Shown here in pieces: positions 8,031-14,537 of a stretch of 44,999 nt of DNA; the first letter of the stretch is position 1; every line of letters starts with the position of its first letter. The stretch lies in IMG/VR virus record IMGVR_UViG_3300030688_000053. The stretch is one strand, 5' to 3'. Both the position numbers and the translations under genes were made by a program. The DNA comes from a virus. The notes under the pieces were generated by a model. That model was not told the DNA's origin. It was given only the letters and a program-made list of their open reading frames with translations, and made no database searches.

Positions 8031-8752
8031 AGCAATGCCCCCTGCTCTTGAGTGATCGCTGCGGGCTCGAATAACTTTCCTTGCGAGTGCGCTTGCTCGA
8101 TGCGCTGGCAGGCGATGTCGAAATGGCGCTCATCACGTTCGATGCCGATGAACCTTCTACCTAATTTCACTGCGGCTACGCCGGTCGTCCCACTTCCCAT
8201 GAACGGGTCAGCAACTATTTCATTCGGCGTTGTAAAGTCGCTTACGAAGGAAGAAATCAATTCCAAAGGCTTTTGCGTGGGAACTTGTGCGCCGTTTGTA
8301 ACTGGGAAAGTCCAGACGCCAGCGCCACCACCACGATTCCAAGCCTTTTTCCGATCACCAGAATGCAAGATAAGTACCGTTTCAAATCCCTGCCCCGGAC
8401 GGTCACCGCTAATCTGCGGCATAGGGTTAGGCTTTACCCAAGCGCCGAGGCGGACGAAAGAAGGGGATGAATAGCAGCGTGCCGCGTGTTTGTAATCACA
8501 TGTCGCCACGACCCATCCAAGGGATGCTTGGATACATGAATTTATAACGGTGTCGAATCCTTCATCTGTAAGGCACGCAAACGTGATTAGCTTTGTGCCG
8601 TGCCCAACACCTTTGTTCGTCTTTGCCATCCTATGGGTGTTTGAGCTATATGGCGGATCAGTAATAACTGCATCAACCTTGCCCAAAGTTGGCAAGATTT
8701 CCATGCAATCGCCGAGGTACAGCGTGGCGTCGCCGATGATTACTGGATTCAC
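8027..8752 (-). CDS. DNA methyltransferase, beta-class N6A/N4C type
   Basis: Motif IV (VITDPPY) lies upstream of motif I (DPFMGSGTTGVAA...FIGIE). The GTG start at 8752 is my proposal, based on a GTGA overlap with the upstream micro-ORF. The track ORF extends to 8869. Confidence 0.85.
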   Translation of the reverse strand: MNPVIIGDATLYLGDCMEILPTLGKVDAVITDPPYSSNTHRMAKTNKGVGHGTKLITFACLTDEGFDTVINSCIQASLGWVVATCDYKHAARCYSSPSFVRLGAWVKPNPMPQISGDRPGQGFETVLILHSGDRKKAWNRGGGAGVWTFPVTNGAQVPTQKPLELISSFVSDFTTPNEIVADPFMGSGTTGVAAVKLGRRFIGIERDERHFDIACQRIEQAHSQGKLFEPAAITQEQGALL

Positions 8753-8829
8753 TGCGTCACCAGAATGGCGATGCCGCAGAACGCCAAGAACATCAGGGCG
8801 GCGGCTGTTGAAATGGAGATGTGGCTCAT
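8749..8829 (-). CDS. Possible 26-aa hydrophobic micro-protein
   Basis: My translation is MSHISISTAAALMFLAFCGIAILVTQ. Its ATG overlaps the upstream stop (ATGA). Its stop overlaps the proposed methyltransferase GTG (GTGA). Confidence 0.3.
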   Translation of the reverse strand: MSHISISTAAALMFLAFCGIAILVTQ

Positions 8830-9035
8830 GGCGCTTCCTGATCGAGAGTCGGCAGCCCTGCAATGGCAATCAGGCCGACGAGGTTGAAAATCAGCCCGGC
8901 GAAGAACCAGGCGAACGCCGACCGGTGCTTACCGCTGGCGACGATGGCGGAAAAGATCGCGCAGCCAAAGACGGCAACAAACAGCCATGCCGCGCCGATC
9001 AGAGCAAACGAGTTGAGATAGTCGCTGAATGTCAT
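8826..9035 (-). CDS. Small membrane protein (69 aa, about 2 TM segments)
   Basis: Two hydrophobic segments: ALIGAAWLFVAVFGCAIFSAIVA and FAWFFAGLIFNLVGLIAIAGL. Confidence 0.65.
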   Translation of the reverse strand: MTFSDYLNSFALIGAAWLFVAVFGCAIFSAIVASGKHRSAFAWFFAGLIFNLVGLIAIAGLPTLDQEAP

Positions 9036-9244
9036 GATGGCTTGCCCCGGCGCGATGGTTTTTTCTGCGGCACCACGCTGGCGTGCAACTCCATCAGCTT
9101 ATTACCGACCTCATAACGAGGCTGAGTAGTTACGCCACTATAAAGCTGGCTGATGGCAGATTGACCGCAGCCGCAATATGCAGCTACTACCATTTGAGTT
9201 TTTCCAGCCGCGAAGATTTCCGAGAGAATTGCTGTCCAGTCCAT
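9032..9244 (-). CDS. Cro-like HTH DNA-binding protein, first gene of the leftward arm
   Basis: HTH-like segment KTQMVVAAYCGCGQSAISQLYSG. The protein is 70 aa. The gene lies directly downstream of the leftward promoter, with AGGAAATAAA before the ATG. Confidence 0.65.
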   Translation of the reverse strand: MDWTAILSEIFAAGKTQMVVAAYCGCGQSAISQLYSGVTTQPRYEVGNKLMELHASVVPQKKPSRRGKPS

Positions 9245-9276
9245 TTTATTTCCTATAGTTGTCTTTGATGTTGACC

Positions 9277-9305
9277 ATTATTATCAATCATTAGATAATA
9301 GTCAA
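9277..9305 (-). promoter_or_regulatory. Leftward early promoter (TTGACT-N17-AATAAT) overlapping an imperfect inverted repeat (candidate operator)
   Basis: The minus strand reads TTGACT ATTATCTAATGATTGAT AATAAT. On the plus strand, ttgaccattat (9271-9281) is inverted relative to ataatagtcaa (9295-9305) with one mismatch. Confidence 0.6.
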
Positions 9306-9371
9306 GTGCTTATATAAGCCCTACGATTTAATGCCGCCTGAAATTATTTTAAATAAATATCAAAATAACGG

Positions 9372-9400
9372 TTGACTTGGTTTATTCGATGACTGATAAT
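9372..9400 (+). promoter_or_regulatory. Rightward early promoter (TTGACT-N17-GATAAT)
   Basis: TTGACT at 9372-9377, a 17-nt spacer, then GATAAT at 9395-9400. It lies about 50 nt upstream of GGAGAGCGAAA-ATG of the first rightward gene. Confidence 0.65.
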
Positions 9401-9452
9401 TCAATCACACCAAACGCAAAGCACCGCGCAACTAGATAGATGGAGAGCGAAA

Positions 9453-10190
9453 ATGATTCAAGCAAAAATTCAAATCAAGAACCGTTTTACCAATGCAGTA
9501 ATGTTCGAATGCGCCGCGCCCGATGGCATTGAAAGTGGACTGCATCTGCGACATGCCCTTGAGCAGGCAGTAATTGCCAAAACCAACCTGCGCGGTGCCG
9601 ACCTGCGCAGTGCCGACCTGCGCGGTGCCGACCTGCGCAGTGCCGACCTGCGCGGTGCCTACCTGCTCGGTGCCGACCTGGGCAGTGCCGACCTGCGCGG
9701 TGCCTACCTGCGCGGTGCCTACCTGCTCGGTGCCGACCTGGGCAGTGCCGACCTGCGCGGTGCCTACCTGGGCGGTGCCGACCTGGGCAGTGCCGACCTG
9801 GGCGGTGCCAACCTGGGCGGTGCTGATGACAAGCCGCTGCCTCGCGCTACGCCTGAACAAGCAATCGAAAATCTTGATCGCGTTCGTGCTGTAATTCTGG
9901 AAAATCAGGAACGTCTTGAAATGAATCACTGGCATGGCAACAGTGATTGGAAAGATCGCACATGCGCCGAAGAAGCTGTATGCGGAACAACACATTGCCT
10001 AGCCGGATGGTTACAAGTATGCACCACAGAGCCAGCATTGCGCGAAATTGATTCTGAGTTGGCGGGCATATTATGCGCGCCGGTTGCTTCGAAGATGTTT
10101 TATCGCGGTGCGACTGAGGTTCTTGATTGGCTTGAACAACGTAAATATGTGCAAGAGGCAATGTCTGTTGCGCCTAAAACACTGGCCTAG
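9453..10190 (+). CDS. Pentapeptide-repeat protein with a Cys/His-containing C-terminal domain
   Basis: 16 consecutive (N/D/Y)L(R/G/L)(G/S)A pentapeptides at aa 45-124. The C-terminal domain contains NHWHGNSDW and CGTTHCLAGW. Confidence 0.9.
   Translation: MIQAKIQIKNRFTNAVMFECAAPDGIESGLHLRHALEQAVIAKTNLRGADLRSADLRGADLRSADLRGAYLLGADLGSADLRGAYLRGAYLLGADLGSADLRGAYLGGADLGSADLGGANLGGADDKPLPRATPEQAIENLDRVRAVILENQERLEMNHWHGNSDWKDRTCAEEAVCGTTHCLAGWLQVCTTEPALREIDSELAGILCAPVASKMFYRGATEVLDWLEQRKYVQEAMSVAPKTLA
9585..9824 (+). repeat. Tandem array of 16 x 15 bp (consensus gacctgcgcggtgcc), in frame inside the pentapeptide gene
   Basis: I enumerated the units one by one. Each differs from the consensus by 3 nt or fewer, and the units are contiguous with no spacers. 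Confidence 0.95.
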
Positions 10191-10208
10191 CCCATAGCGA
10201 AACAGAAA

Positions 10209-10685
10209 ATGATTATCTATTTGAAATGTGGAACTGAGATTCAGATTGATGAAATTGATCAGCATCTGTTCATTGGAAGAACCTGGGCCTACAAGAAATC
10301 GCGAACTACTCGATACGTCGCGAGAGTAGCAACTGTTGATGGCAAGTCAAAAGAATGGAAGCTGCATCGCTTAATCATGTCGGCAAAAGATGGTGAATTT
10401 GTCGACCACATAAACGGCGACACGCGGGATAACCGGAGAGTAAATCTTCGTATCGCGACTGCAACACAAAGTGCGCAAAACACTGCGAAGAAATCGAATA
10501 GCAAATCTCGATTTAAGGGCGTGACGAAGACGAATAAATCTTATCGTGTCCGGATAAGGCATGACGGAAAGAGGCTGCAAATAGGCGAATTTAAAGATGA
10601 AGTCGAAGCGGCATATTTTTACGACCTTGCAAGTTTGCGGCTTCATGGTGATTTTGGGAAAAGAAATTTTCTCCCTTTGGTTTAG
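10209..10685 (+). CDS. HNH homing endonuclease with a C-terminal AP2-type DNA-binding domain
   Basis: HRLIMSAKDGEFVDHINGDTRDNRRVNL is an HNH_3-type motif. SRFKGVT...YRVRIRHDGKRLQIGEF...EAAYFYD is AP2-like. Confidence 0.85.
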   Translation: MIIYLKCGTEIQIDEIDQHLFIGRTWAYKKSRTTRYVARVATVDGKSKEWKLHRLIMSAKDGEFVDHINGDTRDNRRVNLRIATATQSAQNTAKKSNSKSRFKGVTKTNKSYRVRIRHDGKRLQIGEFKDEVEAAYFYDLASLRLHGDFGKRNFLPLV

Positions 10686-11117
10686 AAGCTCCGAAAGCAG
10701 CCCGAACGGCGATCAAAAGACTACGGCTGAATAGGAGTGGATCTTTGATGGTTATAGCCGTCGCTTGTTCGCCAGTCGGTGTACAGCAAGCCAGGAAACC
10801 ATCCGTTAAACCTCCGCCGCGATAGTGCGGAGGGCCAACATAGAAGCGTATCCGGGCGAGAAGAACTAGCCTGCCGAGCGTTACTTTTGACGAGAAAAAC
10901 ATAGCGGTGATTCCGCTCTGTAACTTACGTTGATGCGAGCGTGTTGAGAAGCCAGTTCGGTCGATCCTAATCAGACGGCGTGGTCCTCACGGTTTGGATA
11001 CGTTTCTATGTTGGCAACCGCATGACTGGATCTGGCTGGTAGCGGTACTAGCCCCGGATAGTTAGGAACGGTGAAGGTAGCCCGGTCCGCCAACTTCAAT
11101 TTATAGGGAGAGAAGGA
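10686..11117 (+). other. 432-bp ORF-free region with multiple stems (candidate structured RNA or degraded sequence)
   Basis: No plus-strand ORF of 60 aa or more. Perfect stems are cctccgc/gcggagg (about 10811-10833) and gatggtt/aaccatc (10746-10752 / 10797-10803). GGCTGGTA-gcgg-TACTAGCC lies at about 11033-11052. Confidence 0.4.
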
Positions 11118-11303
11118 ATGAGCAAATGTCGACTCGGAGCACGCCACTCATGGACTTGGATCAAGGATCGCCAAGTGAAAACAGCGCGTGTCAGCCTCCA
11201 AGGTGCATCGGTCAAGATTTCCATGAAAGGTGTCTACCAGTGCAAATGCGGCGATCTGAAATGGGGTGAGCCCCGTGGCGGATTCACAGCGAGCGCAGTA
11301 TGA
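11118..11303 (+). CDS. Hypothetical protein (61 aa), Cys-containing
   Basis: Strong RBS AGGGAGAGAAGGA before the ATG. This is the first ORF in a chain of coupled small ORFs. Confidence 0.6.
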   Translation: MSKCRLGARHSWTWIKDRQVKTARVSLQGASVKISMKGVYQCKCGDLKWGEPRGGFTASAV

Positions 11304-11434
11304 AATGCCGAGTCCGCTACATCTACCAGGATGGCTCTGAATACATCGGGCCTGCGATTGGAAACCCTGCCGATCTGGAAGCTGCTGCATTTGATGCTGG
11401 AGCTATTGGCGTAACTGTGATGGTGCTGAAATGA
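11300..11434 (+). CDS. Hypothetical micro-protein (44 aa), absent from the ORF track
   Basis: My translation is MKCRVRYIYQDGSEYIGPAIGNPADLEAAAFDAGAIGVTVMVLK. It has ATGA overlaps at both ends. Confidence 0.4.
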   Translation: MKCRVRYIYQDGSEYIGPAIGNPADLEAAAFDAGAIGVTVMVLK

Positions 11435-11577
11435 AAATTGTTGCCTTGATGATTTTGAGTTTTGTGTGCGGCGGCCTTACCACAATCGCCCTGATCTTCG
11501 CCATGACCGATCCGGTGACGCCAATGCAGAAGACTTCGGCTGTGCCGGCTAAGGCTTGCTATCGGGTGGTGACGTGA
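11431..11577 (+). CDS. Hypothetical membrane micro-protein (48 aa), absent from the ORF track
   Basis: My translation is MKIVALMILSFVCGGLTTIALIFAMTDPVTPMQKTSAVPAKACYRVVT. Its start overlaps the upstream stop (ATGA). Confidence 0.45.
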   Translation: MKIVALMILSFVCGGLTTIALIFAMTDPVTPMQKTSAVPAKACYRVVT

Positions 11578-11632
11578 GCCGCGACGATGGAAATTCGGCA
11601 TTCGCCGACGCCATGCTTGCGGAGCGTGCCAA

Positions 11633-11815
11633 ATGAAGCCCTACACCCGATTTCTCCTGCGCCGTATGTGGAGCAGATTTGTGCGACCTATAGTCGAAGT
11701 ATGCGCGGTCTGCTTCATAATTTTTTACGGCTTGGGTGCCGTTCAAGGCATGGATGGACGCGCCCAGCATGAAGCTGAAAAACTAATGCGCGATCGCATC
11801 GCAAATATCAAATAA
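11633..11815 (+). CDS. Hypothetical membrane protein (60 aa)
   Basis: Track ORF. The hydrophobic segment is VCAVCFIIFYGLGAV. Its ATG overlaps the preceding stop. Confidence 0.5.
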   Translation: MKPYTRFLLRRMWSRFVRPIVEVCAVCFIIFYGLGAVQGMDGRAQHEAEKLMRDRIANIK

Positions 11816-11835
11816 CTCTACCAAAAGGAAATAAC

Positions 11836-13026
11836 ATGGATATCGCAGAAACCACGAAGCCGAAGAAAACAAAGCTGGAGCCGAAGCCATCGGTTGAGCT
11901 GACTCTGCCCCAACGCGCCGCTGTTGCGCTGGATACTTCGGCGCATGAGAAGGCGTTGCGCGCCCTGGTTGAGACTTCTGCCTCCATCAAGGAAGTGAAG
12001 AACAAAGACGGTCGGGAAGAATGCCACGCAGCATACATGCGCCTCAAGAATGCTCGCGTTGCCATCGGCCACAAGGCGACGGCGGCGACAGAGGATGCCA
12101 AGGCATTCACCAAAGCCGTCAAGGAAGAACAGGACCGGCTGATCGGTATTGCATCCGAAGAAGAGACGCGCCTGCAAACCCTGCGTGATGCATGGGATGC
12201 TGCCATTGAGGAAGAGAAGGCCGCCAAGATCGCCGCAGAGCGCGAACGCATTGCCGGCATCCAAAAGGATATCCAAGGTATCCGCGACGTCGTTATCGGC
12301 GTGGCCGGTAAAGATTCGGCACAGATCGAGGTCGCACGTATGGCCGTCAATTCGATTGATGGCGCCGACGAACCGCGCTTCGATGAATTCACGGCTGAAG
12401 CTTCAAAGGCCATCGCCGAAACATCTGCCAAGCTGACAGAAATGTTCGATGCGGCAGTCGAGGCAGAAGAAAAAGCCGCCAAGGATGCCGCTGACCGGGA
12501 AGCTGAAGCCATGCGCCTTGCAGATGAACGCGCCGAACTTGACCGCCGGAAGAAAGAGCAGGACGAAGCCGCAGAAGTCGAGCGCAAAAAGCTGGCCGAC
12601 GAACGCGCCAAGCAAGACAAGGAGCGCGAAGAGGCAGACGCAAAGGCCGCCGCCCTGCGCAAGGTCGAAGAAGGCAAACTGGAAGAACAGCGCAAAGAAC
12701 TGGCTGCACAATTGGCCTCTCTGGATGCCGCCCGTAAGGTCCAGGAAGAAGCCGCGCGCGTCGAGCAGGAAAAGCGTGAAAAAGATGCTAAGGACGCCGC
12801 TGACGCCGAGGCCAAGCGCGTGAAAGATGCAGCCGATGAAGCACTGGCCCAAGAGCAGGCCGCCGCGCAGGCCAAGAAAGAAGCCGAGGACGAGCAGCAC
12901 ATTGCAGAAGTGCACGCTGATATTGCTGCTGATCTCATTTTGCATAAATATCAAGAGATTGATTTAAATTCCTTGATTGATTTGATCCGCACCGGTAAGA
13001 TAACAAATCTATCAATCAACTACTAA
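11836..13026 (+). CDS. Highly charged Ala/Glu/Lys-rich coiled-coil protein upstream of the annealase
   Basis: 396-aa ORF with AAAGGAAATAAC before the ATG. A long low-complexity segment reads EAEEKAAKDAADREAEAMRLADERAELDRRKKEQDEAAEVERKK.... Confidence 0.75.
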   Translation: MDIAETTKPKKTKLEPKPSVELTLPQRAAVALDTSAHEKALRALVETSASIKEVKNKDGREECHAAYMRLKNARVAIGHKATAATEDAKAFTKAVKEEQDRLIGIASEEETRLQTLRDAWDAAIEEEKAAKIAAERERIAGIQKDIQGIRDVVIGVAGKDSAQIEVARMAVNSIDGADEPRFDEFTAEASKAIAETSAKLTEMFDAAVEAEEKAAKDAADREAEAMRLADERAELDRRKKEQDEAAEVERKKLADERAKQDKEREEADAKAAALRKVEEGKLEEQRKELAAQLASLDAARKVQEEAARVEQEKREKDAKDAADAEAKRVKDAADEALAQEQAAAQAKKEAEDEQHIAEVHADIAADLILHKYQEIDLNSLIDLIRTGKITNLSINY

Positions 13027-13032
13027 AAGACC

Positions 13033-13812
13033 ATGAAAAACGAAGTCATTGAAATGAAGGACGAGCAGTTTTCCGGGCCTTACCTCAACCAGGCTGGAGT
13101 CGTCACCGTGAAAAGTAGCGACTCGCAGACAATGATGCGGATGATCGAAGTCGCCATGTCGAAACCGGATTTCGATATCGTCAAGTTGCAGCAGCTTCTC
13201 GAAGTAAAAGAGCGCTGGGACGCTGCCGAATCAAAGACGGCTTTCGTTGAATCAATGACCGCGTTCAAGGCTGAGCCGCTGGAAATTTTCAAGCGAAAGG
13301 AAGTCGGCTACAAGACCAAGGAAGGCGACTTTGTTGGCTACAAGCATGCCGAGCTTTCCGACGTCACCGATGTCGTCGGCCCTGCCATGGCAAAGCGCCA
13401 GCTTAGTTTCCGCTGGAACATCCGCCAAGAATCCGGGACGATCTCTGTTGACTGCATCGTCACGCATGTGCGCGGTCATTCGGAAATGGTAACGATGGTC
13501 GGAGCTCCTGACACCTCGGGAAAGAAGAACGCCATTCAACAGGTGGCATCTACCATCACCTACCTGCAGCGTTACACGTTGCTTGCGGCTACCGGTATGT
13601 CGACCAAGGGGCAGGATGACGATGCGGCAAGCTCAGCGCCAGAGGTCGAGGAAAAGCCCAAGGCAGCGCCGACGAAAATCGGCAAAAAAGGTCTTGAGGC
13701 CGCAATCGAATCCATCAAGAAAGGGGAATTCACTGTCGAACAATTGCGGGCGAATTACATTCTCACCGACGATCAATGGACAGTCGTCAATAATGAGGTG
13801 AAGCGTGGTTAA
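13033..13812 (+). CDS. ERF-family-like single-strand annealing protein
   Basis: YKHAELSDVTDVVGPAM and ASTITYLQRYTLLAATGMSTKGQDDD resemble ERF-family motifs from memory. An exonuclease gene follows directly. Confidence 0.6.
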   Translation: MKNEVIEMKDEQFSGPYLNQAGVVTVKSSDSQTMMRMIEVAMSKPDFDIVKLQQLLEVKERWDAAESKTAFVESMTAFKAEPLEIFKRKEVGYKTKEGDFVGYKHAELSDVTDVVGPAMAKRQLSFRWNIRQESGTISVDCIVTHVRGHSEMVTMVGAPDTSGKKNAIQQVASTITYLQRYTLLAATGMSTKGQDDDAASSAPEVEEKPKAAPTKIGKKGLEAAIESIKKGEFTVEQLRANYILTDDQWTVVNNEVKRG

Positions 13813-14530
13813 ATTTCATCCATCAACCCTCGGCCTGATCATGACCGACGCTCAATCGATCGACAAAAGTCTGGTGCCGCTGGAACTGCACGAAGTCCTC
13901 GGCAAAGCGCGCAAGACCGACGCCGATAAGCTGCTGCTGGCGCCCTACAAAGAAATGTCGCTGTCTGCCGGCGCCAAGACGTTTATCGGAAAGCTCGCCA
14001 AGCAATACGTCTATGGCTACAACAAGGTAGTCGAGACAAAATACATGGACAAGGGATTGGCCTGCGAGGATGAGGCGATCGAGCTGATCAACCGGCTCCG
14101 GTTCAAGAGCTACATCAAAAACACTGAGCGCCGTGAGGACGAATTCCTGACCGGCGAGTGTGATATCTATGTGCCGAAGATCAAGACCATCGACATGAAA
14201 GTATCGTGGGATCTTGATACATTCCCAGCGCTGAGCGAAGACTGCCACGATCCACTGTATGAGTGGCAAGGACGGGCCTATATGCGGCTGTGGGACGTTC
14301 CCGAGCATGAGGTGTGTTTTGCCATGCTGGACACACCAGAAGACCTCATACGCTATGAACAGTTGGAACTGCACCAGGTTTTGCACATTGACCCTTCGCT
14401 TCGGCTCACCAGCATCACGTATTACCGCGACCAGGCACTGGAAGACAAGATGATCGCAAAGTGCAAAATCGCGCAGGACTACCTGCTCAACACCGTGGCG
14501 AAAATCAAGCTCGAACACCGGCACGGCTGA
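13805..14530 (+). CDS. PD-(D/E)XK exonuclease (YqaJ/lambda Exo-like)
   Basis: GECDIYVPKIKTIDMKVS fits a D...(D/E)xK pattern. The gene is adjacent to the annealase. The GTG start overlaps the annealase 3' end. Confidence 0.6.
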   Translation: MVKFHPSTLGLIMTDAQSIDKSLVPLELHEVLGKARKTDADKLLLAPYKEMSLSAGAKTFIGKLAKQYVYGYNKVVETKYMDKGLACEDEAIELINRLRFKSYIKNTERREDEFLTGECDIYVPKIKTIDMKVSWDLDTFPALSEDCHDPLYEWQGRAYMRLWDVPEHEVCFAMLDTPEDLIRYEQLELHQVLHIDPSLRLTSITYYRDQALEDKMIAKCKIAQDYLLNTVAKIKLEHRHG

Positions 14531-14537
14531 ACTGGCG

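Noticed and set aside
9585-9824. The regular short repeat array could be mistaken for a CRISPR array.
   Set aside because: The units are 15 bp and directly abutting, with no spacers. They lie in frame within a 245-aa ORF and encode pentapeptide repeats.
9432-9995. Track ORFs 9432..9995 (-) and 9574..9894 (+), which give TAQVG and VPTCA repeat proteins.
   Set aside because: These are alternative-frame or antisense read-through of the 15-bp repeat array. The pentapeptide frame has the promoter, the RBS and the non-repetitive flanking domains.
10591-10902. Minus-strand 103-aa ORF partly covering the ORF-free region.
   Set aside because: It overlaps the 3' end of the well-supported HNH gene on the opposite strand, has no RBS, and runs against the direction of the rightward operon.
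10191-11117. A group I intron carrying the HNH ORF. The same idea was considered for 15641..16610.
   Set aside because: The upstream genes end with their own stop codons. The downstream genes have independent strong RBS and ATG starts. They show no sequence continuity with the upstream proteins. I could not assign P1-P9 pairings by eye. The idea remains only as something to test with covariance models.
11808-12954. Long antisense ORFs (376 aa Ser/Ala/Cys-rich, 183 aa, 152 aa, 106 aa) and same-strand out-of-frame ORFs within 11836..13026.
   Set aside because: They are a by-product of the GAA/GCC/AAG-rich low-complexity coding sequence on the plus strand. They have no RBS. They run against the direction of the operon and give implausible compositions.
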